The notes below the pieces were generated by a model. The model did not search any database and was not told where the DNA came from. It saw nothing but the letters and a program-made list of their open reading frames with translations. The translations under genes and the position numbers were made by a program. From NCBI GenBank assembly GCA_051313645.2, contig JBNRSN020000012.1:54746001-54810000 (forward strand): DNA of 64,000 nt, read 5' to 3'. Position 1 is the first letter of the stretch; the number at the start of each line of letters is the position of its first letter. Of the stretch, positions 59,901 to 64,000 are shown piece after piece. This stretch comes from Centroscyllium fabricii (Eukaryota).

Positions 59901-62760
59901 TGAAATATGAACATTAATTAAACTTTGAGTTTCTTGTCAGAGATATCAGTTTTTAGACTAGTTACATCCATGATTACAGAGAATAAGACATGCAGGTTAG
60001 GTGAATTGGAGATACTAAAAATTGCCCATGGGTGTGTGTGTGTGTGAGATATAGTTCTTAGAGTTTGGGGGTGTCGGGGGATATGGGGAGAGGGTAGGAG
60101 GGGGGTGCTGGGTTTGGATGATCAGCTATGATCTCATCAAAAATGGTGAAGCAGGCTAGAAGGGCCGACTGGTCTACTCCTGCTCCTATCTTCTGTGTTT
60201 CTGTGTTGCTACATAAGAATGTTGCTGCATTAGTATGTTTATGGATTGTACTAGGCATAATATTTGGAGCCAAGAAGTGACTGTGTTTGTTGTGACAAGA
60301 AGTACAGAGACATCTGAGGCTGCTGACTATGAAAGTGTTCTAGGAGATAAGGGAAGGAAATTGGAACGTTTGATACCTCTCGAAGGAATCAAAGATGTTG
60401 ATGGTTCTGCTGCTGTGTTTAATAGTGATGGCTCAATTGGTGATATGGCAGCAGAAATGTAAGAGTATTTACAGTCATGGAACTGTGAGGTACAAGATTC
60501 TTTTACTATTTTGAGCAAATTTGTTTATACTGATTCAAATCCCTCCAATGCCTCGGCCCTCCCCATCTCTGTAATCTCCTCAAGCCCATCAACCCTCCAA
60601 GATATCTGCATTCTTCCAATTCTGGCCTATTGACAATCCTTGATTTTAGTCACTCCACCATTGGCTTTTGTGCCTTCAGCTGCCATGGCCCTGAGCTCTG
60701 GAACTCTCTTACTAAATCTCACTGCCTGTCTAACATCACTTTCCCCCTTTAAGACGCTCCTTAAAACCTACATCTTTGACTAACTATCTGGCCAAATGTA
60801 TTGATATCACCTTATGTGACTCGGTGTCAAGTTTTGTTTGATAATGCTCCTGTGGAACATCTTGTTATTCTTTACTATGTTAACGGGGGTATATATATAC
60901 AATCTTTTGTTGTTTTTCTTGTCAATTTAAGACTATTGTCTGTTGCTTGATTGAAAAATGATTTATCAGTGTGATAGTTGAACGTTGAAAATTGGGATAG
61001 CATTGTGGATACCTGTTGTTTCAATTGAGGAGGCGAAAGTGGTTGAAGTGAATACTCAACTGGTGCTTTAGCAGTAGAAATGTAACATTATTAACAGACA
61101 TGGAACTGTGTAGGCACAAGTGGCATTTAAACTTTTGAAAAAATTGTTTACAATAGAAACATAGAAACATAGAAGATAGGTGCAGGAGTAGGCCCTTCGA
61201 GCCTGCTCCGCCATTCAATGAGATAATGGCTGATCATCCAAACCTAGGGTCGGCACGGTGGCAAGGGGCGGCACGGTGGCACAGTGGTTAGCACTGCTGT
61301 CTCACAGCACTGGAGACCCGGGTTCAAATCCAGCCTCGGGTACTATTTGTGTGGAGTTTGCACATTCTCCCCGTGTCTGCGTGGGTTTCCTCCGGGTGCT
61401 CCGGTTTCCTCCCACAGTCCAAAGATGTGCGGGTTAGGTTGATTGGCCATGATAAATTGACCCTCAGTGTTAGGGGGATTGACTATGTGGGGTTACGGGT
61501 TTAGGGTGGGATATGTGTCGGTGCAGGCTCGATAGCGATCGAGGGATATGGGGACAAGGCAGGGACAGGGTACTGGGTTTGGATGATCAGCCATGATCTC
61601 ATTGAATGGCGGAGCAGGCTCGAAGGGCCGAATGGCCTACTCCTGCTCCTAGTTTCTATGTTTCTATGTTTTACCCAGTACCCTGTCCCTGCCATCTCCC
61701 CCTATCCCTATCGAGCCTGCACCGACACATATCCCACCCTATCCTGTAACCCCAAATATTCAATCGCCCTAACACTAAGGATTGATTTATTATGGCCAAT
61801 CAACCTAACCCGCACATTTTTGGAGTGTGGGAGGAAACCGGAGTACCCGGAGGAAACCCACGCAGACACGGGGAGAATGTGCAAACTCCACACAGGTAGT
61901 ACCTGAGGCTGGACTAAGCCCGGGTCTCCAGTGCTGTAAGGCAACAGTGCTAACCACTATGCCACCATGCCGCCCAACAGCTACATCAACATCATCTTCA
62001 AAATCAACAGAAAGTATTATCAACATCAGTAATTGTTCCCTTCTATGATCTTGGATTTCTTGGTTGCAATGGTCAAGTAAGACTAATGTCTATTGCTTGA
62101 TTGAAAAACGATTTATCAGCGGGATGGTTGACTATTGACAATTGAGATTGCATTGTGGATACCTGTTGTTTCACTTGTTGAGGCTAAAGTGGTTGAAGAA
62201 GCGGTAACAGTTGTAGATGGTTCTGTTGATGTGCTTTGTTCTGATGTTGAAGATGATGTTGATGTAGCTGTTGATGTTAAAAGAAATGTCAGTGAAAGGA
62301 AGCAATGCTCCTGCTGATTGTAGCATAAATCACGTCAAATGAGAAAGGTAAGTTTAGTGAAACAAATTAAAAACATGATCAACATGAAAATGATGTGTTC
62401 CCCTTTGATATTTATTCTGAGAGTTTCCATGATCTCAATTTTGAGCACTATGCATTAAATTGCGAGTGTGTTATTACTGGAGTTTTTTGTTTTCCAAAGT
62501 TTACCATTACAGAGATTATCAATATCGCTGGTTTGTTGTCATAAATTTTTCAAGGCACCAGCTCTGGACAGCCGCAGTGGCATTTAGATTAATGACAGAA
62601 TGTATTATCAACATCAGTAATTGTTCCCTTCTATGATCTTGGATTTCTAGGTTGCAATAGATTATACCTGTTGATGCTGGTGATGTTGTTGTGGATGAGA
62701 TCAGAGCTGTTGTTGCTTCTGTTGAAGTGCTTCCTTCTGAGGTTCCAGATGATGTTGAAG
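2852..62760 (-). CDS. Internal multi-exon portion of a mucin-like Ser/Thr-rich glycoprotein gene (26 x 93-nt exon B alternating with 26 x 105-nt exon A, one A disrupted); N- and C-termini lie outside the window
   Basis: Each exon has a CTGAC branch-like motif, a pyrimidine tract and CAG acceptor, and a CAG|GTAT donor on the minus strand. All are phase 1-1 with lengths divisible by 3, and I saw no stop or indel in the intact copies. The 66-aa B+A unit is about 44/66 Ser+Thr. Confidence 0.8.
3352..3444 (-). CDS. Mucin-like exon B (93 nt, phase 1-1)
   Basis: ctgacatttctgtacatattatcag|CTTCGACATCA...GCATCAACAG|gtataa; open S/T-rich frame. Confidence 0.72.
4137..4445. mobile_element. CR1-clade LINE 3' fragment, internally inverted
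   Basis: Plus strand 4137-4232 reads [32 protein letters not shown]; minus strand from 4445 continues [25 protein letters not shown], homologous to the C-terminus of CR1 ORF2 at about 44.5 kb. Confidence 0.8.
4619..5111. mobile_element. Second copy of the same probable solo LTR, duplicated with its monomer
   Basis: Same sequence and same site as 1994-2489, flanked by GGGG on both sides. Confidence 0.55.
5474..5578 (-). CDS. Mucin-like exon A
   Basis: AG/GT boundaries, 105 nt, open frame. Confidence 0.72.
5853..7226. mobile_element. Non-autonomous DNA transposon, PIF/Harbinger-like
   Basis: 17-bp TIR gggccagaaattgcagt / actgcaatttctgggcc; 3-bp duplication ATT; absent from other monomers. 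Confidence 0.75.
6198..6804. mobile_element. MITE (PIF/Harbinger/Tourist type) nested in the preceding element
   Basis: Perfect 57-bp TIRs starting aggccctgtcacaccttgacg; TAA target duplication; internal catacg/cgtatg repeats; no transposase-like ORF. Confidence 0.85.
7357..7449 (-). CDS. Mucin-like exon B
   Basis: AG/GT boundaries, 93 nt, open frame. Confidence 0.72.
8533..8637 (-). CDS. Mucin-like exon A
   Basis: AG/GT boundaries, 105 nt, open frame. Confidence 0.72.
9039..9131 (-). CDS. Mucin-like exon B
   Basis: AG/GT boundaries, 93 nt, open frame. Confidence 0.72.
9686..9964 (-). repeat. 3' LTR of the Gypsy element
   Basis: Direct repeat of 15104-15382 with about 6 differences; preceded on the minus strand by PPT GGGGGGGGAG (about 9968-9977). 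Confidence 0.95.
11494..11649 (-). repeat. In-frame 39-bp x4 tandem repeat at the RNase H-integrase junction
   Basis: [13 protein letters not shown] / [13 protein letters not shown] / [13 protein letters not shown] / [13 protein letters not shown]. Confidence 0.9.
12199..13086 (-). mobile_element. 5'-truncated Rex1/Babar LINE nested in Gypsy RT
   Basis: [10 protein letters not shown]...[10 protein letters not shown]...[14 protein letters not shown]...[11 protein letters not shown]...NSFFPRAV; AATAAA then (TTGAA)n tail; splits Gypsy FPRPPS|IKGLQEFLG. Confidence 0.93.
15091..15102 (-). promoter_or_regulatory. Primer binding site, likely tRNA-Trp
   Basis: TGGTGACCTCGA one base inside the 5' LTR; complements the vertebrate tRNA-Trp 3' end (...UCGGGGUCACCA) with one G:U pair. 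Confidence 0.7.
15104..15382 (-). repeat. 5' LTR of the Gypsy element
   Basis: TG...CA ends; TTTAAATA TATA-like box and TGACGTCA palindrome. Confidence 0.95.
16310..16699 (-). mobile_element. HE1-type tRNA-derived V-SINE
   Basis: Head gggcggcatggtgg, V-domain TGTGTGGAGTTTGCACATTCTCCCCGTGTCTGCGTGGGTTTCCTCCGGGTGCTCCGG, CR1-like hairpin and (TTCTATGT)n tail. Confidence 0.88.
16887..16991 (-). CDS. Mucin-like exon A
   Basis: AG/GT boundaries, 105 nt, open frame. Confidence 0.72.
17394..17486 (-). CDS. Mucin-like exon B
   Basis: AG/GT boundaries; peptide [31 protein letters not shown] is visible inside ORF 17242..17544. Confidence 0.72.
18409..19684 (+). mobile_element. 5'-truncated, degenerate Rex1/Babar LINE
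   Basis: SSAFNTI...[17 protein letters not shown](stop), KFADDTT, ORF 18706..19401; (TCTAA)n tail; interrupts the L2 relic at aaccctcc|aagatatc. Confidence 0.92.
20329..20433 (-). CDS. Mucin-like exon A
   Basis: AG/GT boundaries, 105 nt, open frame. Confidence 0.72.
20835..20927 (-). CDS. Mucin-like exon B
   Basis: tagcag acceptor, gtatta donor, 93 nt, open frame. Confidence 0.72.
21233..21458 (+). mobile_element. 5'-truncated HE1-related SINE 3' fragment; copies near 9438, 17793, 21233, 26407, 31579, 36751, 45658, 50830, 54817, 59989, 63068
   Basis: gcaggttaggtgaattgg...gatgatcagctatgatctcat...gaagggccga...ctactcctgctcctatcttctgtgtttctgtg; ataag(a) duplicated on both sides; spread passively with the monomer. 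Confidence 0.75.
21623..21682 (-). pseudogene. Pseudo-exon C (60 nt, phase 1-1 relic, acceptor AG changed to AA); representative copy, present in every monomer
   Basis: acatttct...caccaa|TTGAGCCATCA...TCGAGAG|gtatc; core TAAEPST resembles exons A and B; the copy near 1483 has an in-frame TGA. Confidence 0.5.
21776..22160 (+). mobile_element. Old L2-clade LINE 3' end; representative copy, present in all long monomers
   Basis: Decayed frame [10 protein letters not shown]...[13 protein letters not shown]; other copies show [10 protein letters not shown]; tail tatataaatacaatcttttgttgtt. Confidence 0.7.
22254..22300 (-). pseudogene. Pseudo-exon E (47 nt chimera of exon C head and exon A tail); representative copy, present in most long monomers
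   Basis: caccag|TTGAGTATTC...GAAACAACAG|gtatccacaatgc; downstream intron duplicates that of exon A; length not divisible by 3 and in-frame TAG. Confidence 0.5.
22489..22593 (-). CDS. Mucin-like exon A
   Basis: AG/GT boundaries, 105 nt, open frame. Confidence 0.72.
22888..22980 (-). CDS. Mucin-like exon B
   Basis: AG/GT boundaries, 93 nt, open frame. Confidence 0.72.
23674..23778 (-). CDS. Mucin-like exon A
   Basis: AG/GT boundaries, 105 nt, open frame. Confidence 0.72.
24073..24165 (-). CDS. Mucin-like exon B
   Basis: AG/GT boundaries, 93 nt, open frame. Confidence 0.72.
25501..25605 (-). CDS. Mucin-like exon A
   Basis: AG/GT boundaries; peptide [35 protein letters not shown] is visible inside ORF 25454..25723. 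Confidence 0.72.
26007..26099 (-). CDS. Mucin-like exon B
   Basis: AG/GT boundaries, 93 nt, open frame. Confidence 0.72.
27661..27765 (-). CDS. Mucin-like exon A
   Basis: AG/GT boundaries, 105 nt, open frame. Confidence 0.72.
28060..28152 (-). CDS. Mucin-like exon B
   Basis: AG/GT boundaries, 93 nt, open frame. Confidence 0.72.
28846..28950 (-). CDS. Mucin-like exon A
   Basis: AG/GT boundaries, 105 nt, open frame. Confidence 0.72.
29245..29337 (-). CDS. Mucin-like exon B
   Basis: AG/GT boundaries, 93 nt, open frame. Confidence 0.72.
30673..30777 (-). CDS. Mucin-like exon A
   Basis: AG/GT boundaries, 105 nt, open frame. Confidence 0.72.
31179..31271 (-). CDS. Mucin-like exon B
   Basis: AG/GT boundaries, 93 nt, open frame. 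Confidence 0.72.
32833..32937 (-). CDS. Mucin-like exon A
   Basis: AG/GT boundaries, 105 nt, open frame. Confidence 0.72.
33232..33324 (-). CDS. Mucin-like exon B
   Basis: AG/GT boundaries, 93 nt, open frame. Confidence 0.72.
34018..34122 (-). CDS. Mucin-like exon A
   Basis: AG/GT boundaries, 105 nt, open frame. Confidence 0.72.
34417..34509 (-). CDS. Mucin-like exon B
   Basis: AG/GT boundaries, 93 nt, open frame. Confidence 0.72.
35845..35949 (-). CDS. Mucin-like exon A
   Basis: AG/GT boundaries, 105 nt, open frame. Confidence 0.72.
36351..36443 (-). CDS. Mucin-like exon B
   Basis: AG/GT boundaries, 93 nt, open frame. Confidence 0.72.
38005..38109 (-). CDS. Mucin-like exon A
   Basis: AG/GT boundaries, 105 nt, open frame. 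Confidence 0.72.
38404..38496 (-). CDS. Mucin-like exon B
   Basis: AG/GT boundaries, 93 nt, open frame. Confidence 0.72.
39190..39294 (-). CDS. Mucin-like exon A
   Basis: AG/GT boundaries, 105 nt, open frame. Confidence 0.72.
39589..39681 (-). CDS. Mucin-like exon B
   Basis: AG/GT boundaries, 93 nt, open frame. Confidence 0.72.
41141..41839 (+). CDS. CR1 ORF1 C-terminal SGNH esterase-like domain (5' truncated)
   Basis: [30 protein letters not shown] motifs. Confidence 0.88.
   Translation: MTTKKRARARKEVQGTPVAVPLSNKYTALDTVEGDDPPGEGGSSLPPGTGGAGAAQKGRETSVPAVVIGDSIVRGTERRFCGRGRDTRMVICLPGARVRDVTEQLQGILRGAGDQVEVVVHIGTNDIGKQGDEVLQSKFKELGKKLKSRTPKVVISGLLPVPRANEYRNRKIEQLNSWLRDWCRREGFSFLDNWSYFCGRWNLYTQDGLHLNQRGTNILAGRFASRVGVGLN
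41863..44751 (+). CDS. CR1 ORF2: AP-endonuclease + reverse transcriptase (962 aa, uninterrupted)
   Basis: NARSL, ITETWL, YRPP, GDFN, SDH; [33 protein letters not shown]. Confidence 0.96.
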   Translation: MEGIMDRGTQPNKGKQTRQQNKVVLGQRMKGIYFNARSLTNKVDELKVLVDSWEYDIVAITETWLKEGQEWQLNIPGYRIFRRDRDEGKRGGGVAILIKDSITAIRRVDLMDESSNEALWVEVKNKKGGGTLLGVYYRPPNSKGEVEDKICEQITKISENNKVTILGDFNFPNINWENQSVRGTDGSAFLQCSQDNFLKQYVGSPTRGGAVLDLILGNEDGQIEEVTVGEHFGDSDHNSVSFKIVMEKDKNGPGVKILNWGKADFNKIRNDVTAVDWGHLLRGRSASEQWEAFRGEVGKIQEEHVPAKIKGGGDKQREPWMSRDICKLMKKKRGAFNEYKRLKTEEALGEYKKYRGDLKKEIRKAKRGHEITMAGKIKDNPKAFYSYIKNKRITRERVGPIKDDSGKLCVEPEEVGEVLNEFFSSVFTRERDDTDIEIGQNVGGVIEDITITREEVLEILGGLKVDKSPGPDAMFPRLLFEAREELAGPLSQIFRTSLASGDVPEDWRTANVVPLFKKGSRDKPGNYRPISLTSVVGKVMEKILRDKISSHLDNQGLIRDSQHGFVKGKSCLTNLLEFFEEVTKRVDEGSTVDVVYMDFSKAFDKVPHRRLITKVRAHGIQGNLAQWIENWLGDRRQRVMVEGCFCDWKPVTSGIPQGSVLGPLLFLVYINDLDMGVGGTISKFADDTKIGRVVNNDEDSKGLQEDIDIMVNWAEKWQMEFNPEKCEVIQFGRPNGVREYTMNNKTLNRTEEQRDLGVQVHSSLKVAGHVNKVVKKAYGILAFINQGIVYKSREVMLNLYNTLVRPQLEYCVQFWSPHYRKDVAALERVQRRFTRMIPGLADLCYEERLDRLGLFALEKRRWRGDMIEVYKIMRGHDRVDKGALFPLVGESSTRGHRFKIRGGRFRGEVRRNFFTQRVVEDWNSLPVRVVEAGTITTFKKYLDQHMKDHNIQGYGPGAGNWG
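45258..45350 (-). CDS. Mucin-like exon B
   Basis: AG/GT boundaries, 93 nt, open frame. Confidence 0.72.
46912..47016 (-). CDS. Mucin-like exon A
   Basis: AG/GT boundaries, 105 nt, open frame. Confidence 0.72.
47311..47403 (-). CDS. Mucin-like exon B
   Basis: AG/GT boundaries, 93 nt, open frame. Confidence 0.72.
48097..48201 (-). CDS. Mucin-like exon A
   Basis: AG/GT boundaries, 105 nt, open frame. Confidence 0.72.
48496..48588 (-). CDS. Mucin-like exon B
   Basis: AG/GT boundaries, 93 nt, open frame. Confidence 0.72.
49924..50028 (-). CDS. Mucin-like exon A
   Basis: AG/GT boundaries, 105 nt, open frame. Confidence 0.72.
50430..50522 (-). CDS. Mucin-like exon B
   Basis: AG/GT boundaries, 93 nt, open frame. 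Confidence 0.72.
52084..52188 (-). CDS. Mucin-like exon A
   Basis: AG/GT boundaries, 105 nt, open frame. Confidence 0.72.
52483..52575 (-). CDS. Mucin-like exon B
   Basis: AG/GT boundaries, 93 nt, open frame. Confidence 0.72.
53911..54015 (-). CDS. Mucin-like exon A
   Basis: AG/GT boundaries, 105 nt, open frame. Confidence 0.72.
54417..54509 (-). CDS. Mucin-like exon B
   Basis: AG/GT boundaries, 93 nt, open frame. Confidence 0.72.
56071..56175 (-). CDS. Mucin-like exon A
   Basis: AG/GT boundaries, 105 nt, open frame. Confidence 0.72.
56470..56562 (-). CDS. Mucin-like exon B
   Basis: AG/GT boundaries, 93 nt, open frame. Confidence 0.72.
57256..57360 (-). CDS. Mucin-like exon A
   Basis: AG/GT boundaries, 105 nt, open frame. 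Confidence 0.72.
57655..57747 (-). CDS. Mucin-like exon B
   Basis: AG/GT boundaries, 93 nt, open frame. Confidence 0.72.
59083..59187 (-). CDS. Mucin-like exon A
   Basis: AG/GT boundaries, 105 nt, open frame. Confidence 0.72.
59589..59681 (-). CDS. Mucin-like exon B
   Basis: AG/GT boundaries, 93 nt, open frame. Confidence 0.72.
61155..61975 (-). mobile_element. HE1-type V-SINE, same insertion as 16310-16699, split by a second SINE
   Basis: Tail 61155-61244 and body/head 61673-61975; same flanks as the 16.3-kb copy. Confidence 0.88.
61245..61672 (+). mobile_element. Full-length HE1-type V-SINE nested in opposite orientation
   Basis: A box tggcacagtgg, B box gggttcaaatcc, V-domain, (TTTCTATG)x2 tail; duplicated 5' head; possible short acc duplication. 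Confidence 0.9.
62163..62267 (-). CDS. Mucin-like exon A
   Basis: AG/GT boundaries, 105 nt, open frame. Confidence 0.72.
62668..62760 (-). CDS. Mucin-like exon B
   Basis: AG/GT boundaries, 93 nt, open frame. Confidence 0.72.
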
Positions 62761-64000
62761 CTGCTAATATGTACAGAAATGTCAGAAAAACTGGGCAAAG
62801 CTCTTCCAGGTACCATCATAATTAGTGCAAACTGACCAACAAAGCGAATGAGCTGAAGTCAAAAATGTTTACAACAGTTGTGCTTGCAAGAAAAATTATT
62901 ATGCAGTTGTGTAATTTGGAACTGAAGCGAATGAGATGCTTATATTTTCCCACTGAAGGAGCCTCCATGATATATAACATGAAATATGAACATTAATTAA
63001 ACTTTGAGTTTCTTGTCAGAGATATCAGTTTTTAGACTAGTTGTATCCATGATTACAGAGAATAAGACATGCAGGTTAGGTGAATTGGAGATACTAAAAA
63101 TTGCCCATGAGTGTGTGTGTGTGTGAGATATAGTTCTTAGAGTTTGGGGGTGTCGGGGGATATGGGGAGAGGGTAGGAGGGGGGTGCTGGGTTTCGATGA
63201 TCAGCTATGATCTCATCAAAAATGGTGAAGCAGGCTAGAAGGGCCGACTGGTCTACTCCTGCTCCTATCTTCTGTGTTTCTGTGTTGCTACATAAGAATG
63301 TGGCTGCATTAGTATGTTTATGGATTGTACTAGGCATAATATTTGGAGCCAAGAAGTGACTGTGTTTGTTGTGACAAGAAGTACAGAGACATCTGAGGCT
63401 GCTGACTATGAAAGTGTTCTAGGAGATAAGGGAAGGAAATTGGAACGTTTGATACCTCTCGAAGGAATCAAAGATGTTGATGGTTCTGCTGCTGTGTTTA
63501 ATAGTGATGGCTCAATTGGTGATATGGCAGCAGAAATGTAAGAGTATTTACAGTCATGGAACTGTGCGGTACAAGATTCTTTTACTATTTTGAGCAAATT
63601 TGTTTATACTGATTCAAATCCCTCCAATGCCTCGGCCCTCCCCATCTCTGTAATCTCCTCAAGCCCATCAACCCTCCAAGATATCTGCATTCTTCCAATT
63701 CTGGCCTATTGACAATCTCTGATTTTAGTCACTCCACCATTGGCTTTTGTGCCTTCAGCTGCCATGGCCCTGAGCTCTGGAACTCTCTTACTAAATCTCA
63801 CTGCCTGTCTAACATCACTTTCCCCCTTTAAGACGCTCCTTAAAACCTACATCTTTGACTAACTATCTGGCCAAATGTATTGATATCACCTTATGTGACT
63901 CGGTGTCAAGTTTTGTTTGATAATGCTCCTGTGGAACATCTTGTTATTCTTTACTATGTTAACGGGGGTATATATATACAATCTTTTGTTGTTTTTCTTG

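Larger units (their letters stand above)
21200..60450. repeat. 5172-bp higher-order repeat (monomers of 2160 + 1185 + 1827 bp), about 7 near-identical copies; boundaries approximate
   Basis: Equivalent ORFs recur at 21304, 26476, 31648, 36820 (+5172 each), 45727 (+5172+3735 CR1), 50899 (+5172), 54886 (+3987 = 5172-1185), 60058 (+5172). Confidence 0.97.
1081..64000. repeat. Tandem array of exon+intron monomers (1.2-2.2 kb core unit, 26 complete A+B pairs plus partial units at both ends)
   Basis: The same blocks recur in the same order across the window; copies at 1-21 kb are more diverged. Confidence 0.97.
60058..64000. repeat. Start of a second repeat domain with 3079-bp spacing
   Basis: ORFs 60058/63137 and 60235/63314 are 3079 bp apart; 60450-60920 and 63530-64000 share private variants such as gcagcagaaatg and ccctccaatgcc. 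Confidence 0.75.

Noticed and set aside
21200-60450. CRISPR array, integron cassettes or other prokaryotic system
   Set aside because: Units are kilobase-sized and near-identical with no unique spacers; no cas or integron integrase genes; context is vertebrate (LINEs, SINEs, spliceosomal sites).
21200-60450. V(D)J- or VLR-like rearranging cassette locus
   Set aside because: I found no RSS heptamer/nonamer pairs flanking the exons and no Ig or LRR coding signature; cassettes are bounded by ordinary splice sites.
61266-61340. tRNA gene
   Set aside because: tRNA-derived SINE head running into the V-domain and a LINE-like tail, with no oligo-T terminator.

Overview
Eukaryotic, AT-rich and CpG-poor vertebrate DNA. 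The HE1-type V-SINEs, CR1/HER1-like LINE and Rex1/Babar LINE point to a cartilaginous fish (inference). Almost the whole window (about 1.1-64 kb) is a tandem array of a 1.2-2.2 kb monomer, which the ORF track misreads as many short ORFs. On the minus strand each monomer carries two small exons with canonical AG/GT ends, both phase 1-1: exon B (93 nt, [31 protein letters not shown]) and exon A (105 nt, [35 protein letters not shown]). There are 26 copies of each, and one A copy is broken by a LINE. Spliced together they would give about 1680 aa of roughly 67% Ser/Thr, Cys/Lys/Arg-free mucin-type sequence. The window therefore looks like the interior of a mucin-like gene whose repeat domain grew by duplicating whole exon+intron units. 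From about 21.2 to 60.4 kb the monomers form a near-identical 5172-bp three-monomer higher-order repeat (about 7 copies, one missing a 1185-bp monomer). The monomers also carry two decayed sister exons, C and E. Insertions in the array: a full-length Gypsy LTR element with a nested Rex1, a second Rex1, a young CR1 with intact ORF2 inside an exon, nested PIF/Harbinger-type elements, probable solo LTRs, L2 relics and HE1-type SINEs (one nested in inverted orientation). The gene's start, end and identity are not visible in the window, and transcription is not shown.
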